From NCBI GenBank assembly GCA_963810915.1, contig CAWEPH010000002.1, positions 57,002-121,001 of the forward strand: DNA of 64,000 nt, written 5' to 3'. Positions within the stretch are counted from its first letter, which is position 1. Every line of letters starts with the position of its first letter. Below are positions 1-9,581 of this stretch, piece after piece. The notes beneath the pieces are model-generated. The model saw nothing but the letters and a program-made list of their open reading frames with translations. It did no database searches and was not told where the DNA came from. This stretch comes from an uncultured Actinomycetes bacterium. Lineage in GTDB: Bacteria; Actinomycetota; UBA4738; HRBIN12. Both the position numbers and the translations under genes were made by a program.

Positions 1-610
1 CCAGGGCAGGTTTGGTCAGGCGCCTGAGGCCGCTCCCATCCGCGTCCATCACCCACACCGCCGAAAGGAAACCGCCTCGGTTGCTGTCGAAGACGATGCG
101 CGTTCCGTCAGGCGAATAGTGGGGGTTGTTGTTGACCCAGTGGCCGCCCAGGATCTTCCTCATGCCCGTTCCGTCGGCGTTCATGACGTCGATGTCGCAG
201 TACGCGACGAACCCGAAGGGGATGCCGCAATGCGAGAACACGATCTTGCGAGCATCAGGCGACCAGCTCGGGTTGTGGTTCTCGAAGCCAGCCTGATCGG
301 TCAGTTGGCGCTTGCCGCTGCCGTCTCGATCCATGACCCAGATCTGACCGTCGATCGTGAAGACGATCTCGCGTCCGTCCGGCGACCAGTTCGGTGCGCT
401 GGCAGCGCTCCCCGAGCTCACGTGCGTCAGTTGCTTCAGACCGCCTCCATCCGATCCGACCGTGAACACCTGTGGGGTGTCGCTCTGGTCGGTGGAGAAC
501 GCGATCCTGCCGTTCCTCCCGGGGAACGCAGACGAAGCCGGTGACGCGGTAGCGAAGAGTCCCACGAGCGTCATCCCCGTGATCGCTATCATGGCGATCG
601 ATCGCCTCAT
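1..610 (-). CDS. Secreted TolB-like/PD40-repeat beta-propeller protein, runs off the window edge
   Basis: Not in the ORF track because there is no stop in the window. Manual translation gives a signal peptide (MRRSIAMIAITGMTLVGLFATASPASSA), FPGRNGRIAF, and repeats PNWSPDGREIVF, PSWSPDARKIVF, PHYSPDGTRIVFDSNR. Alternative start GTG at 619. Confidence 0.9.
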   Translation of the reverse strand, partial: MRRSIAMIAITGMTLVGLFATASPASSAFPGRNGRIAFSTDQSDTPQVFTVGSDGGGLKQLTHVSSGSAASAPNWSPDGREIVFTIDGQIWVMDRDGSGKRQLTDQAGFENHNPSWSPDARKIVFSHCGIPFGFVAYCDIDVMNADGTGMRKILGGHWVNNNPHYSPDGTRIVFDSNRGGFLSAVWVMDADGSGLRRLTKPAL

Positions 611-775
611 CACGAACACCCCCCTCTCGAGCACGCCCCCGGGTACCCAACACTCAGGGCCTGGAACCGGGGCGGGCGACGGTTTCGGGACTGTGATAGG
701 CCAAGACCGGGGCCGGATCTCCGCCAACAATCCGCCCATCTTCGCGTTGAGTCAACCTCAGGGTTGCACGCCTGA

Positions 776-813
776 ACCAACCTCGAGCGGGATGCCAGCC
801 GCTCGAGGTTGGT
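776..813. terminator. 15-bp perfect inverted repeat, probable terminator of the ACT-domain gene
   Basis: ACCAACCTCGAGCGG (776-790) and CCGCTCGAGGTTGGT (799-813) with an 8-nt loop, 38 nt downstream of the stop at 851. Confidence 0.7.
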
Positions 814-850
814 CTCGAACCTGTTCCGTGTCCCGGGCCCGATCGCCCAC

Positions 851-1237
851 CTACATCTGCGCGATGAGCTCCATCATCTTCGCGTTGTCGTCGGTCACCA
901 TCACGACGCGCGAGTTCGTGGCCAGGTAGACGGAGCGGATGTTGATCCCCGCGTCCGCGATCTGCCGCGTCATCGCGCCCATCGTCCCGGGCGTGTCCGC
1001 GCCGGCCACGGGCTCCCCGAGGATCGCGTCGGACTCGCCCTCCACCTTGATGCCCGCGCCCTCGAGCGCGCTGCGAGCCGCTGCGCCGTCCTGCACGCAG
1101 ACGTGGATCATGCCGCGACCCTCGAAGCCGTGGCCGCAGACGCCCTCGACGTTGATCCCCGCGCTGCCGAGCGCCTGGCCGATGGACGCGAGCCCACCCG
1201 GCCGGTCCTCCACGGAGATCGTCAGATCGGTCGCCAT
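851..1237 (-). CDS. Tandem ACT-domain protein
   Basis: VEDRPGGLASIGQALGSAGINV and DTPGTMGAMTRQIADAGINI ACT signatures; SD GAAGGGG upstream. Confidence 0.9.
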   Translation of the reverse strand: MATDLTISVEDRPGGLASIGQALGSAGINVEGVCGHGFEGRGMIHVCVQDGAAARSALEGAGIKVEGESDAILGEPVAGADTPGTMGAMTRQIADAGINIRSVYLATNSRVVMVTDDNAKMMELIAQM

Positions 1238-1317
1238 CGCTTCCCCCTTCCGTCGATGAACCTCTCCGGGATACGCCGGTCGTCCTCATCGGTCAAATCG
1301 AGGGGCGGACGGGCGTC

Positions 1318-2113
1318 TCACCCCGGTTCGGTCGGCCGCACCCAGACCTCCCACTCGGCGACCTCGCGGAAGCCGAGCTGCGCATACAAGCCCTGGGCTC
1401 CCTCGGCCGCGTGCAGCCACGCGAGGTCGGCCGGGAACGCCCGCGCGGCCATCACCGAGAGCGCCGACGCGATCCCTCGCCCACGCGCGCGGGGGATCAC
1501 CCCGACGCCCAGGATCCCGATGGCGCCCTCGCGCAGGTGCGCGGACGCGGTGCCGACGGGCTCGTCGTCTTCCCAGGCGACGAACGCGCGCGCGCCCTCC
1601 ACGCCGTAGGAGGCGGGGCCGTAGAAGTCCTCCGCGATGCGGGAGCCCGCCTTCACGTCGGACGGATCGAGTAGGCCGCGCTCGACACGAGCGACGGCGG
1701 ACGCGCCTTGCGCGTCGCGCACCGGCTCCACCCGAACACCGTCGGGCAGCGGTCGCTCGGGGAGGTCCTCGACGCGCACGGCCATCGCCGGCCAGGAGAA
1801 GAGCAGCGAGAGACGCGCCGAACGGATCGCCTCGTCGACGCTCGGGTGCCGCCCCACGGCGACGTCCATCCCGAACGCTCGGTCGCGTGACTCGGAACTC
1901 CGCCTCCGCTCTGGCCAGGGCCGCCGCCGGGTCGCTCGGCTCCGAGATCACGAGGACCGAATTGACGGGCGGATCGGGGACGTTCGCGAAGGCGAGCAGG
2001 AGGCCGTCCACCTCCAGGACCTCGGCGCCGGGGACGTTGGCGCGCCGCTGACGCTCGGCCTCCACGAACCCCAGCGCGATCCGTTCCCCGACCTCCTGCA
2101 CGCGGTGGAGCAT
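1318..2113 (-). CDS. GNAT family N-acetyltransferase (apparent frameshift near 1890)
   Basis: N-terminus MLHRVQEVGERIALGF lies in one frame. The C-terminal frame has VGVIPRARGRGIASAL (acetyl-CoA motif A) and LYAQLGF. Confidence 0.8.
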
Positions 2114-2145
2114 GCCAGGAAGGTCACCGCGACGCTCCCGACATC

Positions 2146-2190
2146 TCATCCCGCGGGAGGAGGGCACGGCCCGCCGGAGTTGGTTAGCGT
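2146..2190 (+). promoter_or_regulatory. Putative response-regulator box and -10 element of the leaderless kinase gene
   Basis: TCATCC-CGCG-GGAGGA (2146-2161), 23 nt before TAGCGT (2185-2190), which lies 7 nt before GTG 2198. Confidence 0.5.
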
Positions 2191-2197
2191 CCATCGC

Positions 2198-3325
2198 GTG
2201 AGCCGATCGACCTGGTGGGAACGCGTGCGGCGGGTGAACCCGCTCGTCTGGGACACGTTGCTCGCAGCCGTCCTCGTGGCGATCACCGCCGCGTCCGTCG
2301 CCGGCGAGGACGGCGTCCACGGCGTTACCGCGTGGGCCCTGATCGCGGTGGCGTGCGTCCCGCTCGCCTTCCGGCGTCGGGCGCCGCTGGTCGTCCTGGC
2401 GATCGTGAGCGGCGCGACCGTGGCGTTCGCGGTCGCCGGCGACGGCGCGTCGCCCGAGCCGGCGCTGGCCCTTGCGATCTACACGGTCGCGGCGCACGAA
2501 CCGTGGCGCCGCGTGGTAACCATCGGGCTCCCGCTCGCGTTCGCCGCCGGTCTGACTTCGCAGGTCGCGACGCAGACGCACGGCAACTGGATCGAGGTGC
2601 TGGTCGGCCTCACGTTCGTGGTGGGCCTTCCGGTCCTCCTGGGTCGGATCGGGTTCAACCGGCGGAGGCGGCTGGCCGACGACCGCGAGCTGGCTGCGCG
2701 CGAGGCGGTCGCCCAGGAACGGACGCGCATCGCCCGGGAGCTGCACGACGTCGTCGCGCACGCGATCAGCGTCATGGTCGTGCAGGCCGGCGCCGCACGC
2801 ACCGTCGTGGACCGCGATCCCGGCGCCGCGAAGGAGGCGATCGGCCGCGTGGAGGAGTCCGGCCGCGCGGGGCTCGCCGAGATGCGACGGCTGATCCGGG
2901 TGCTGACCGACGACGACGCATCGCCATCGACGTCGCCGCAACCGGGGCTCGCCGAGCTGGACCCGCTGGTCGAGACGGTGCGCGCCGCCGGCTTGCCGGT
3001 GGAGGTCGTCCGCACCGGGCGGCCTCGGGCGCTGCCCTCCGGCGCCGACCTCGCCGCGTACCGCGTGATCCAGGAGTCGTTGACGAACACGCTGAAGCAC
3101 GCGGGGAGCGCGAACGCACGGGTCGCGCTCGGCTACGCGCCGGACCGCCTCGTGATCGAGGTGACCGACGACGGCCGCGGGATCGCGGTCGAGCCCAGGG
3201 TCGGGCACGGCCTGATCGGGATGCGGGAACGGGTCGGCCTGTTCGGCGGCACGGTCGAGACGTCGTCGCGACCCGGCGGCGGCTTCGTGGTGCACGCCGA
3301 GATCCCCGTCGAGGACCCGGCGTGA
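2198..3325 (+). CDS. Membrane sensor histidine kinase (HisKA_3, NarX/DesK type)
   Basis: Several TM helices, ERTRIARELHDVVAH H-box, QESLTNTLKH N-box, DDGRG and GHGLIGMRER. Confidence 0.95.
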   Translation: MSRSTWWERVRRVNPLVWDTLLAAVLVAITAASVAGEDGVHGVTAWALIAVACVPLAFRRRAPLVVLAIVSGATVAFAVAGDGASPEPALALAIYTVAAHEPWRRVVTIGLPLAFAAGLTSQVATQTHGNWIEVLVGLTFVVGLPVLLGRIGFNRRRRLADDRELAAREAVAQERTRIARELHDVVAHAISVMVVQAGAARTVVDRDPGAAKEAIGRVEESGRAGLAEMRRLIRVLTDDDASPSTSPQPGLAELDPLVETVRAAGLPVEVVRTGRPRALPSGADLAAYRVIQESLTNTLKHAGSANARVALGYAPDRLVIEVTDDGRGIAVEPRVGHGLIGMRERVGLFGGTVETSSRPGGGFVVHAEIPVEDPA

Positions 3326-3981
3326 CGATCCGGATCGTAGTGGCGGACGACCAGGCCCTGATGCGCGGGGGGTTCCGGATGATCCTCGACGCCGAGGAGG
3401 ATCTCGAGGTAATCGGCGAGGCGATCGACGGGACCGACGCGATCCGCGCGGTGGAGCGGCTGGCGCCCGACGTCGTCGTGATGGACGTGCGCATGCCCGC
3501 GATGGACGGGATCGAGGCGACCCGGCGGATCACCGCGTTCGACGCGCCCCCGAAGGTGCTGATCCTCACCACGTTCGATCTGGACGAGTACGTGTACGAC
3601 GCGCTGCGGGCCGGCGCCAGCGGGTTCCTGCTCAAGGACCGGCCGCCCGAGGAGCTCGTGGCCGCCGTGCGGGTCGTCGCGTCGGGCGACGCGCTCCTCG
3701 CGCCCTCGGTCACGAGACGGTTGATCGCGGAGTTCGCGAGCCGGCCCGAACCGGTGACCCCGCCCGCAGGTCTCGACGAGTTGACGGAGCGCGAGCGCGA
3801 GGTCCTCGTGCTCATGGCCCAGGGTGCATCCAACGCCGAGGTCGCGCGTCGGCTCTTCGTGGCCGAGACCACCGTGAAGACCCATGTCGGACACGTGCTG
3901 CGCAAGCTCGGCGTGCGCGATCGTGCCCAGGCCGTCGTGTTCGCCTACGAGTCGGGCCTCGTGCGACCCGGCTCCTCCTGA
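3322..3981 (+). CDS. NarL/LuxR family response regulator
   Basis: VVADDQ, MDVRMP, LTTFD, GASGFLLK and LTEREREVL...TVKTHV HTH; GTGA overlap with the kinase. Confidence 0.95.
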   Translation: MTIRIVVADDQALMRGGFRMILDAEEDLEVIGEAIDGTDAIRAVERLAPDVVVMDVRMPAMDGIEATRRITAFDAPPKVLILTTFDLDEYVYDALRAGASGFLLKDRPPEELVAAVRVVASGDALLAPSVTRRLIAEFASRPEPVTPPAGLDELTEREREVLVLMAQGASNAEVARRLFVAETTVKTHVGHVLRKLGVRDRAQAVVFAYESGLVRPGSS

Positions 3982-3991
3982 GGTCGACCCC

Positions 3992-4060
3992 TCCTCCTCC
4001 AGGAGGACTCCCAGAACCGTTCCACGGGTGGACGTCGGTGGGGCGTCCCGTCCCTAGCGT
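3992..4060 (+). promoter_or_regulatory. Tandem putative response-regulator boxes and -10 element upstream of the ABC exporter
   Basis: TCCTCC-TCCA-GGAGGA (3992-4007) and CCGTTC-CACG-GGTGGA (4017-4032), the latter 22 nt before TAGCGT (4055-4060); same layout as at 2146-2190. Confidence 0.5.
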
Positions 4061-4096
4061 CGGAGGTGCAGGGAACCCGACCGAAGGGAGACCGAG

Positions 4097-4858
4097 ATGG
4101 ACACGAGGGTGGAGGGTCCGGGCGCCGTTGGCACTGTAGCGACGCCCGCGATCGTCGCGCGGAACCTCACGAAGCGATTCGGATCCGTGACGGCGGTCGA
4201 CGCCCTGAGCTTCGAGGTCGTGCCGGGGCGGGTGACGGGGTTCGTGGGTCCGAACGGCGCGGGGAAGAGCACCACGCTGCGGATGCTGCTGGGGCTCGTG
4301 GAGCCGAGCGATGGGAGCGCGACGGTGTTGGGATCGCCGTACGCGAGCCTCGAACGGCCGATGACCGCCGTGGGCGCGGTCCTGGAGGTCCAGAGCTTCC
4401 ATCCGCTGCGGACCGGACGGAACCACCTCCGGGTGCTCGCGGCCGCGTCGGGGATCGACGACGCCCGCGTGGACGCGGTGCTCGACCTCGTGGATCTGAG
4501 GCAAGCGGCTCGGCGCAAGGCCGGCGGCTATTCGCTGGGCATGCGGCAACGGCTCGGACTCGCCGGCGCCCTCCTGGGCGATCCGTCGGTGCTGATCCTC
4601 GACGAGCCGGCGAACGGGTTGGACCCGCACGGGATCCGGTGGCTGCGCACGACGCTCCGCGCGGTCGCCGATGACGGCAAGGCCGTCCTGGTGTCGAGCC
4701 ATCTGCTCGCGGAGATGGCGCGCGTGGCGGACGACGTGATCGTGATCGACCGCGGTCGACTGCTGCGGCGGGGCGACATCGACGAGCTGACGGACGGTGG
4801 AGCGACGAGCCTCGAGGACGTGTTCCTCGAACTGACCGATGGAAGGAGCGTCCGATGA
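4097..4858 (+). CDS. ABC transporter ATP-binding protein (exporter/resistance type)
   Basis: GPNGAGKST, YSLGMRQR, LILDEP, SSH. Confidence 0.95.
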   Translation: MDTRVEGPGAVGTVATPAIVARNLTKRFGSVTAVDALSFEVVPGRVTGFVGPNGAGKSTTLRMLLGLVEPSDGSATVLGSPYASLERPMTAVGAVLEVQSFHPLRTGRNHLRVLAAASGIDDARVDAVLDLVDLRQAARRKAGGYSLGMRQRLGLAGALLGDPSVLILDEPANGLDPHGIRWLRTTLRAVADDGKAVLVSSHLLAEMARVADDVIVIDRGRLLRRGDIDELTDGGATSLEDVFLELTDGRSVR

Positions 4859-5595
4859 ACGACGCGATCCGTTCCGAGTTCCGGAAACTGCGCACCACCC
4901 GCACGGCGTTCGGGCTGTTGGCGGGCGTCGTCGTGCTGACGGGGCTCGCGCTCTGGGGATCCCTCGGGGGCGCCACCCACGCGGAGCTGGCCGCCGGGCT
5001 CTCGTCGCCGTACGGCTACGCAGGCGTGTTGATCGTGGTGGCGTTGTTCGTCCTGGTGTTCGCGATCCGCTCCTACACCGACGAGGTCCGGCACGGGTCG
5101 ATCGTGCCGACCTTCCTGGCGACGCCGAACCGGCTGCGGGTGCTCGCGGCGAAGGGCGTGGTGGCCGCTGTGGGCGCTGCGGTGTTCGCGGTCGCGGCGC
5201 TCGCGGCGGGGATCGGCGTGATCGCCTGGTACCTCGCGGCCCACGGGTTCGCCGTGTCCGCCGCGGTCGGGACGCTGGCCGGGCTGTTCGGCAGGGGGAT
5301 CCTGATCGCCGTGCTGTGGTCGGCGATCGGCCTCTCGATCGGGGTCGTCGTCCGCCACCAGGTCGCGGCGATCGTCGGGACCCTCGCGTGGCTCTTCGTG
5401 GCGGAGAACATCGTCGGGTCGCTCGCGCCCAGCGTCGGGCACTGGTTGCCGGCTTCGGCAGCGGGGACCGCCGCGGGCATCTCGAACCCGGACGCCCTGA
5501 TGACACCGTTGGTCGGGATGCTCGTGCTCGCCGCGTGGGCGGCGGGCGCGGTCGGTCTCGCCGCGACCGTCATCACCCGTCGCGACGTCTCGTGA
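4855..5595 (+). CDS. ABC-2 type permease
   Basis: SEFRKLRTTRT N-terminus, about 6 TM helices, C-terminal RRDVS; ATGA overlap. Confidence 0.9.
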   Translation: MNDAIRSEFRKLRTTRTAFGLLAGVVVLTGLALWGSLGGATHAELAAGLSSPYGYAGVLIVVALFVLVFAIRSYTDEVRHGSIVPTFLATPNRLRVLAAKGVVAAVGAAVFAVAALAAGIGVIAWYLAAHGFAVSAAVGTLAGLFGRGILIAVLWSAIGLSIGVVVRHQVAAIVGTLAWLFVAENIVGSLAPSVGHWLPASAAGTAAGISNPDALMTPLVGMLVLAAWAAGAVGLAATVITRRDVS

Positions 5596-5609
5596 AGGGG
5601 TGGACGTGC

Positions 5610-6902
5610 CTATGTTCCCGTGGGTCGGTTCCGGCGGGCCACCGCGTCGATCGTCACGGCCACGAGGAGGACGAGCGCGGTGACCATGTACCGCGCAGCG
5701 GCCTGGAAACCCAAGAGGCCCATGCCGTTGTCGATCGCCGCGATCACGATCCCACCGAGCAAGCCATGAACGGCCTTCCCGCGTCCTCCGAACAGGCTGG
5801 TGCCGCCGATCACGGCGGCCGCCACCGCGTAGAGGACGAGGGTGCCGCCATCCACCGCGCTGGAGACCGAACGCAGCCGCGACACGTACACCACGCCGGC
5901 GATCCCGGCCGTGAACGAACACAGGATGAAGGCGATCGTGCGGATCCTCTTCAGGTTGATGCCCGCGCGTCGCGCTCCTTCGGCGTTGCCGCCGATCGCG
6001 TAGACGTAGCGCCCGAACTTCGTCCGCCCCAACAAGAACGTCCAGGCCAGGAGCACGCCGAGCACCAGCACGACGACCCAGGGCACGCCGTAGATCGGGA
6101 CGATGCGGCCGCGATCGGCGTTGCACAGCAGGACGAGCGCCACCCCGCCCGCCAGGACGCCCAGGATCTTCGCCAGCGTCAGCGTCGGCGGCGGCGCCAC
6201 GAGGCCCGCGGCGCGGCGCCGGGCGTCGCGACGCCACGTCCGGAACGCGAAGAGCCCGACGAGCGCGAGCATCACGAGCCAGCTCGCGAGACGGGTCATG
6301 TTGCCGCTGGCGATGCCGTTGATCACGTTGTCCTGGACCAAGATCGAGCCCGACTCGCCGACGATCCTGATCAACACGCCCTGCCAGAAGAGCAGCCCGG
6401 CCAACGTGACCACGAACGACGGCAGGCCGAGCCGCGTGATCAGCGATCCCTGCGCGAGGCCGATCAGGGCGCACGCGATCAAGCCCGTGGCGATCGACGC
6501 CCACCAGGGCCAGCCGACCGTGGGCTTGACCAGCTCGGCCATGATCACGCCCCCGATGGCGCTCACGAACCCGATCGACAGGTCGATCTCACCCAGGAGC
6601 AGGGCGAACACCTCACCCATCGCCAGCAGGCTGAAGAGGGCCGATTGCACCAGGAGGTTGACGAGGTTGCCGACCGTCAAGAAATGGTCGTTCGCCGATT
6701 GGAACAGGATCGAGACCAGCAGCAGTCCGGCGACCACCGGGAGGACGCCGGTCTCGCCGCCCTTGAGCCGCGCCAGGGACGCCCGGATGTAGTCACCGAC
6801 GGAATCCGAAACGAGTTCGGCCGGCACCGCCGCGTCGGCGGCACGCGCGCCGTCGGGCCCCTCGGTCTCCGGCGTCGGGACGGGTTCCTCGACCTTGGCC
6901 AC
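5610..6902 (-). CDS. Sugar ABC transporter permease (XylH-like)
   Basis: GEIDLSIG, PSFVVTLAG, TKFGRYVYAIGGN, AVIGGTSLFGGRG. Confidence 0.95.
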   Translation of the reverse strand: MAKVEEPVPTPETEGPDGARAADAAVPAELVSDSVGDYIRASLARLKGGETGVLPVVAGLLLVSILFQSANDHFLTVGNLVNLLVQSALFSLLAMGEVFALLLGEIDLSIGFVSAIGGVIMAELVKPTVGWPWWASIATGLIACALIGLAQGSLITRLGLPSFVVTLAGLLFWQGVLIRIVGESGSILVQDNVINGIASGNMTRLASWLVMLALVGLFAFRTWRRDARRRAAGLVAPPPTLTLAKILGVLAGGVALVLLCNADRGRIVPIYGVPWVVVLVLGVLLAWTFLLGRTKFGRYVYAIGGNAEGARRAGINLKRIRTIAFILCSFTAGIAGVVYVSRLRSVSSAVDGGTLVLYAVAAAVIGGTSLFGGRGKAVHGLLGGIVIAAIDNGMGLLGFQAAARYMVTALVLLVAVTIDAVARRNRPTGT

Positions 6903-6905
6903 GGC

Positions 6906-7727
6906 CTAGACCTCCCCCTCGCGCGGCGTCGCCGTCCGGGTCGACGCGCCCGTCGTCATGAGATCCACCACGATCTGGCGGTCGAGCTCGGACACCGGGC
7001 GCACGGCGACCATCCTGCCGAGGTGCAGGACCGCGATCCGGTCGGCGACCTCGAAGACGTCGTTCATGTTGTGGGAGATGAGGAGCACGGCGTGTCCGCG
7101 ATCGGCGAGCCTGCGCACGAGCGCCAGGACCATCTCTGTCTGCGCCACGCCGAGGGCGGCCGTCGGCTCGTCCATGATCACGAGCTTGGAGTTCCACAGG
7201 ACCGCTTTCGCGATCGCGACGGACTGGCGCTGCCCGCCGGAGAGCGACGCGACCGGCTGGCGGATGGACCGGACGGTCGTGACGGCGAGGCTCGTAAGCG
7301 TCTCCTTCGCCGCCGTCTCCATGGACTCCTCGTCCAGCGTGATCCCGCGCGTGCGCTCCCGACCGAGGAACATGTTCTGCACGATGTCCAGGTTGTCGCA
7401 GAGCGCGAGGTCCTGATAGACGGTCTCGATCCCGAGCGCCGCCGCGTCCGCCGGGGTGCGCATGGTCACCGGGACGCCATCCCACGACATCTGCCCACCG
7501 TCGGGCGCATGGATCCCGGAGATGCACTTGACGAGGACCGACTTCCCGGCTCCGTTGTCTCCGGCCAGCGACGTCACCTGGCCGCTCGGGATGTCGAGGT
7601 CGACGTCGGAGAGGGCCCGCACGGCACCGAAGTGTTTGCTGATGCCGCGGAGGCTCAGGAGCGGTTGTGCCTCGGTGCCCGCGGGCGAAGGTGGAGGCGC
7701 GCCACCGTCGGCGATCGTTCCGTCCGT
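6906..7727 (-). CDS. Sugar ABC transporter ATP-binding protein (start codon uncertain)
   Basis: GDNGAGKS, LSGGQRQ, IMDEPTAALG. The frame is open upstream of GTG 7622 through LLSLRGISKHFG to an ACG at 7727 that follows AGGAGG. Confidence 0.9.
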   Translation of the reverse strand, partial: TDGTIADGGAPPPSPAGTEAQPLLSLRGISKHFGAVRALSDVDLDIPSGQVTSLAGDNGAGKSVLVKCISGIHAPDGGQMSWDGVPVTMRTPADAAALGIETVYQDLALCDNLDIVQNMFLGRERTRGITLDEESMETAAKETLTSLAVTTVRSIRQPVASLSGGQRQSVAIAKAVLWNSKLVIMDEPTAALGVAQTEMVLALVRRLADRGHAVLLISHNMNDVFEVADRIAVLHLGRMVAVRPVSELDRQIVVDLMTTGASTRTATPREGEV

Positions 7728-7761
7728 GAGGTCCTCCTGGTCTCCGGTGGGCGGGAACGGA

Positions 7762-7791
7762 GGTCGAGCCGCACGCGTGTGCGGCCCGACC
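7762..7791 (-). other. Intercistronic stem-loop between the binding-protein and ATPase genes
   Basis: GGTCGAGCCGCAC / GTGCGGCCCGACC, 13 bp with one G-U pair on the minus-strand RNA; typical position of an mRNA-stabilising hairpin. Confidence 0.65.
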
Positions 7792-7806
7792 CCCTTCGCT
7801 TCGTGG

Positions 7807-9033
7807 CTAGCTTATCCCTGCCTTCGTGCACGCGCTCTGCACCGCGCCGGTGCAGATGTCGGCCGCGGTCGGTCCGATCCCCGTCGTAGTGGAGTCCGCG
7901 ACGACCGTGTCCGCCATGTTGTCGGAGGTGACCCAAACCGGCGTCGTGTAGACGGACGCGATGTCCGCGCCGATCTCCGTGTCCTGCGTCGTCGAGTTCA
8001 CCAAGGTGGACGGAGGCGTTTCCCCGGCGCGCAGGTAGAGCGCCAACGCCACGGCGGCCTGCGCCTCCGCGTAGATGGGCTTGTACACCGTGCCGCACTG
8101 GTACCCCTTGAGGATGTTCTGCAGCCCCGGCAGCGACGCATCCTGACCGGTGGTCGGGAAGGAGTTCGCCGGGATCTGGTTCTTCTGCAGCACCGAGATC
8201 ACGGCGTTCGCGTTGTCGTCGTTCGGCGTCACGACCGCGTTGATCTCCGGGTGGGCCGTGAACTGCTGCTCGAACGTCGTCTGGGCGGTCGGCGGATCCC
8301 ACGTGCCGGCCGGCTCGCCGACCTTGGTGTAGGAACCGTCGTCGAAGTGCGCCTTCAGCACGCCGTTATAGCCCTGCGCGAAGAGCTTCGCGTTGTTGTC
8401 CGTTGGGTCGCCGTCCATGATGAGGAGGTGCGGGTCCTTGACCTTCCAGGACTCGATGCAGCTCACCTCTCCGTCACCGATCAGCTTGCCGACCTGCACG
8501 TTGTTGAAGCTCACGTAGTAGCGGTCGGCGGGCCCCCCCGTGACGAGGCGGTCGTAGTCGATCACCTTCACGCCCGCGGCCTCGGCCTTGGACTCGATCG
8601 CCGCGCCGCTCCCCGGATCGAGGGGGTCGATCAGCAGGACGGAGGCGCCGGCGCTGATGTCGGCCTCGGCCTGGGTCTGCATCGTGGCCGTTTTGCCCTC
8701 CGCGTTGTCGATCTTGTACTGGTCCGACGACAGGCCCGCGGCCTCGAACGCCTTCTTCAGGAACGGGGCGTCGTACTGCGTGTAGCGGGTCGACGTCGTG
8801 GTGTCCGGCAGGAGCACCCCGATCAGGCCGTCGCCCTGTGCGGCGAGGTCCTTCAGCTGGCTCATCACCGCGAAGTCGGCGGTGAAGTCGCCCGCGTTGA
8901 TCTGCGGCACCGACGCCGACGCGGACGTCGTCGAGGACGACGTGTTGTCGTTCGAACTGCTGCACGCCGCCAGCACGACTGCAAACAGCAGCAGCGTGCC
9001 GATCAGCGCCAGCGGTTTCCGTATGGATCTCAT
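7807..9033 (-). CDS. Sugar ABC substrate-binding lipoprotein (XylF/ChvE-like)
   Basis: Lipobox VLAAC, IDYDRL, PTDNNA, TGQDA, TVYKP; SD AGGGAGG before ATG 9033. Confidence 0.92.
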   Translation of the reverse strand: MRSIRKPLALIGTLLLFAVVLAACSSSNDNTSSSTTSASASVPQINAGDFTADFAVMSQLKDLAAQGDGLIGVLLPDTTTSTRYTQYDAPFLKKAFEAAGLSSDQYKIDNAEGKTATMQTQAEADISAGASVLLIDPLDPGSGAAIESKAEAAGVKVIDYDRLVTGGPADRYYVSFNNVQVGKLIGDGEVSCIESWKVKDPHLLIMDGDPTDNNAKLFAQGYNGVLKAHFDDGSYTKVGEPAGTWDPPTAQTTFEQQFTAHPEINAVVTPNDDNANAVISVLQKNQIPANSFPTTGQDASLPGLQNILKGYQCGTVYKPIYAEAQAAVALALYLRAGETPPSTLVNSTTQDTEIGADIASVYTTPVWVTSDNMADTVVADSTTTGIGPTAADICTGAVQSACTKAGIS

Positions 9034-9334
9034 GGACCGCACCTCCCTGGTGGCGATGATTCGCATCACCACCCTAGACCTATCCGTCGTTTCGTACTTA
9101 CACACTCCCCCTCGCATCCTCGTTCCTTCAGACCCCGGTGCGATGGGCCGTCCGTCCCTCCATTACTTGGGATACGGGCCCCGCGGCTCTCAAGGACGGC
9201 GTTCGCCCGCATTCGAGACGCGGGTGAGCCAGCTCCCGTGTCTGGGGGCTTCCCCCGTCGCGGCTCGCGCTCGGGGTCAGTGACCACGGTGCATCTCGGT
9301 CTCCCGATCTTCCAACGCGTGCGAGAGTCATGAG

Positions 9335-9523
9335 ATGCGCTGGGGTCGGGTCCTCACAGGGGTCGCGTTACTCGGCGTCGGCGCCGTGTGGACGTTCCAG
9401 GGACTCGGCACGCTCACGGGCAGCTTCATGACCGGCTCCCCGTTCTGGATGTGGATCGGGATCGCGTGCGTCGTCCTCGGCGTGGTGGCGCTGCTGACAT
9501 CTCGGTCCGCACGAGACCGATGA
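9335..9523 (+). CDS. Small two-TM membrane protein
   Basis: 62 aa with GAVWTFQGLG..GSFMTG..W, a pattern typical of small actinobacterial membrane proteins. Confidence 0.75.
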   Translation: MRWGRVLTGVALLGVGAVWTFQGLGTLTGSFMTGSPFWMWIGIACVVLGVVALLTSRSARDR

Positions 9524-9581
9524 GGACGGCGCACCCCCGCGCTTGACATCGGCACAGCGGGGTCCCGGAAAGGAACCCGTT

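Noticed and set aside
4839-7889. Very long Arg/Pro/Ala-rich ORFs such as the 1016-aa one here, and many similar antisense ORFs across the window
   Set aside because: Shadow ORFs expected in high-GC DNA; the opposite strand or another frame carries clear family motifs.
9216-9243. Hairpin AGACGCGGG/CCCGTGTCT upstream of the sugar ABC operon
   Set aside because: A single modest stem with no other support; I could not assign it as an operator or RNA element.
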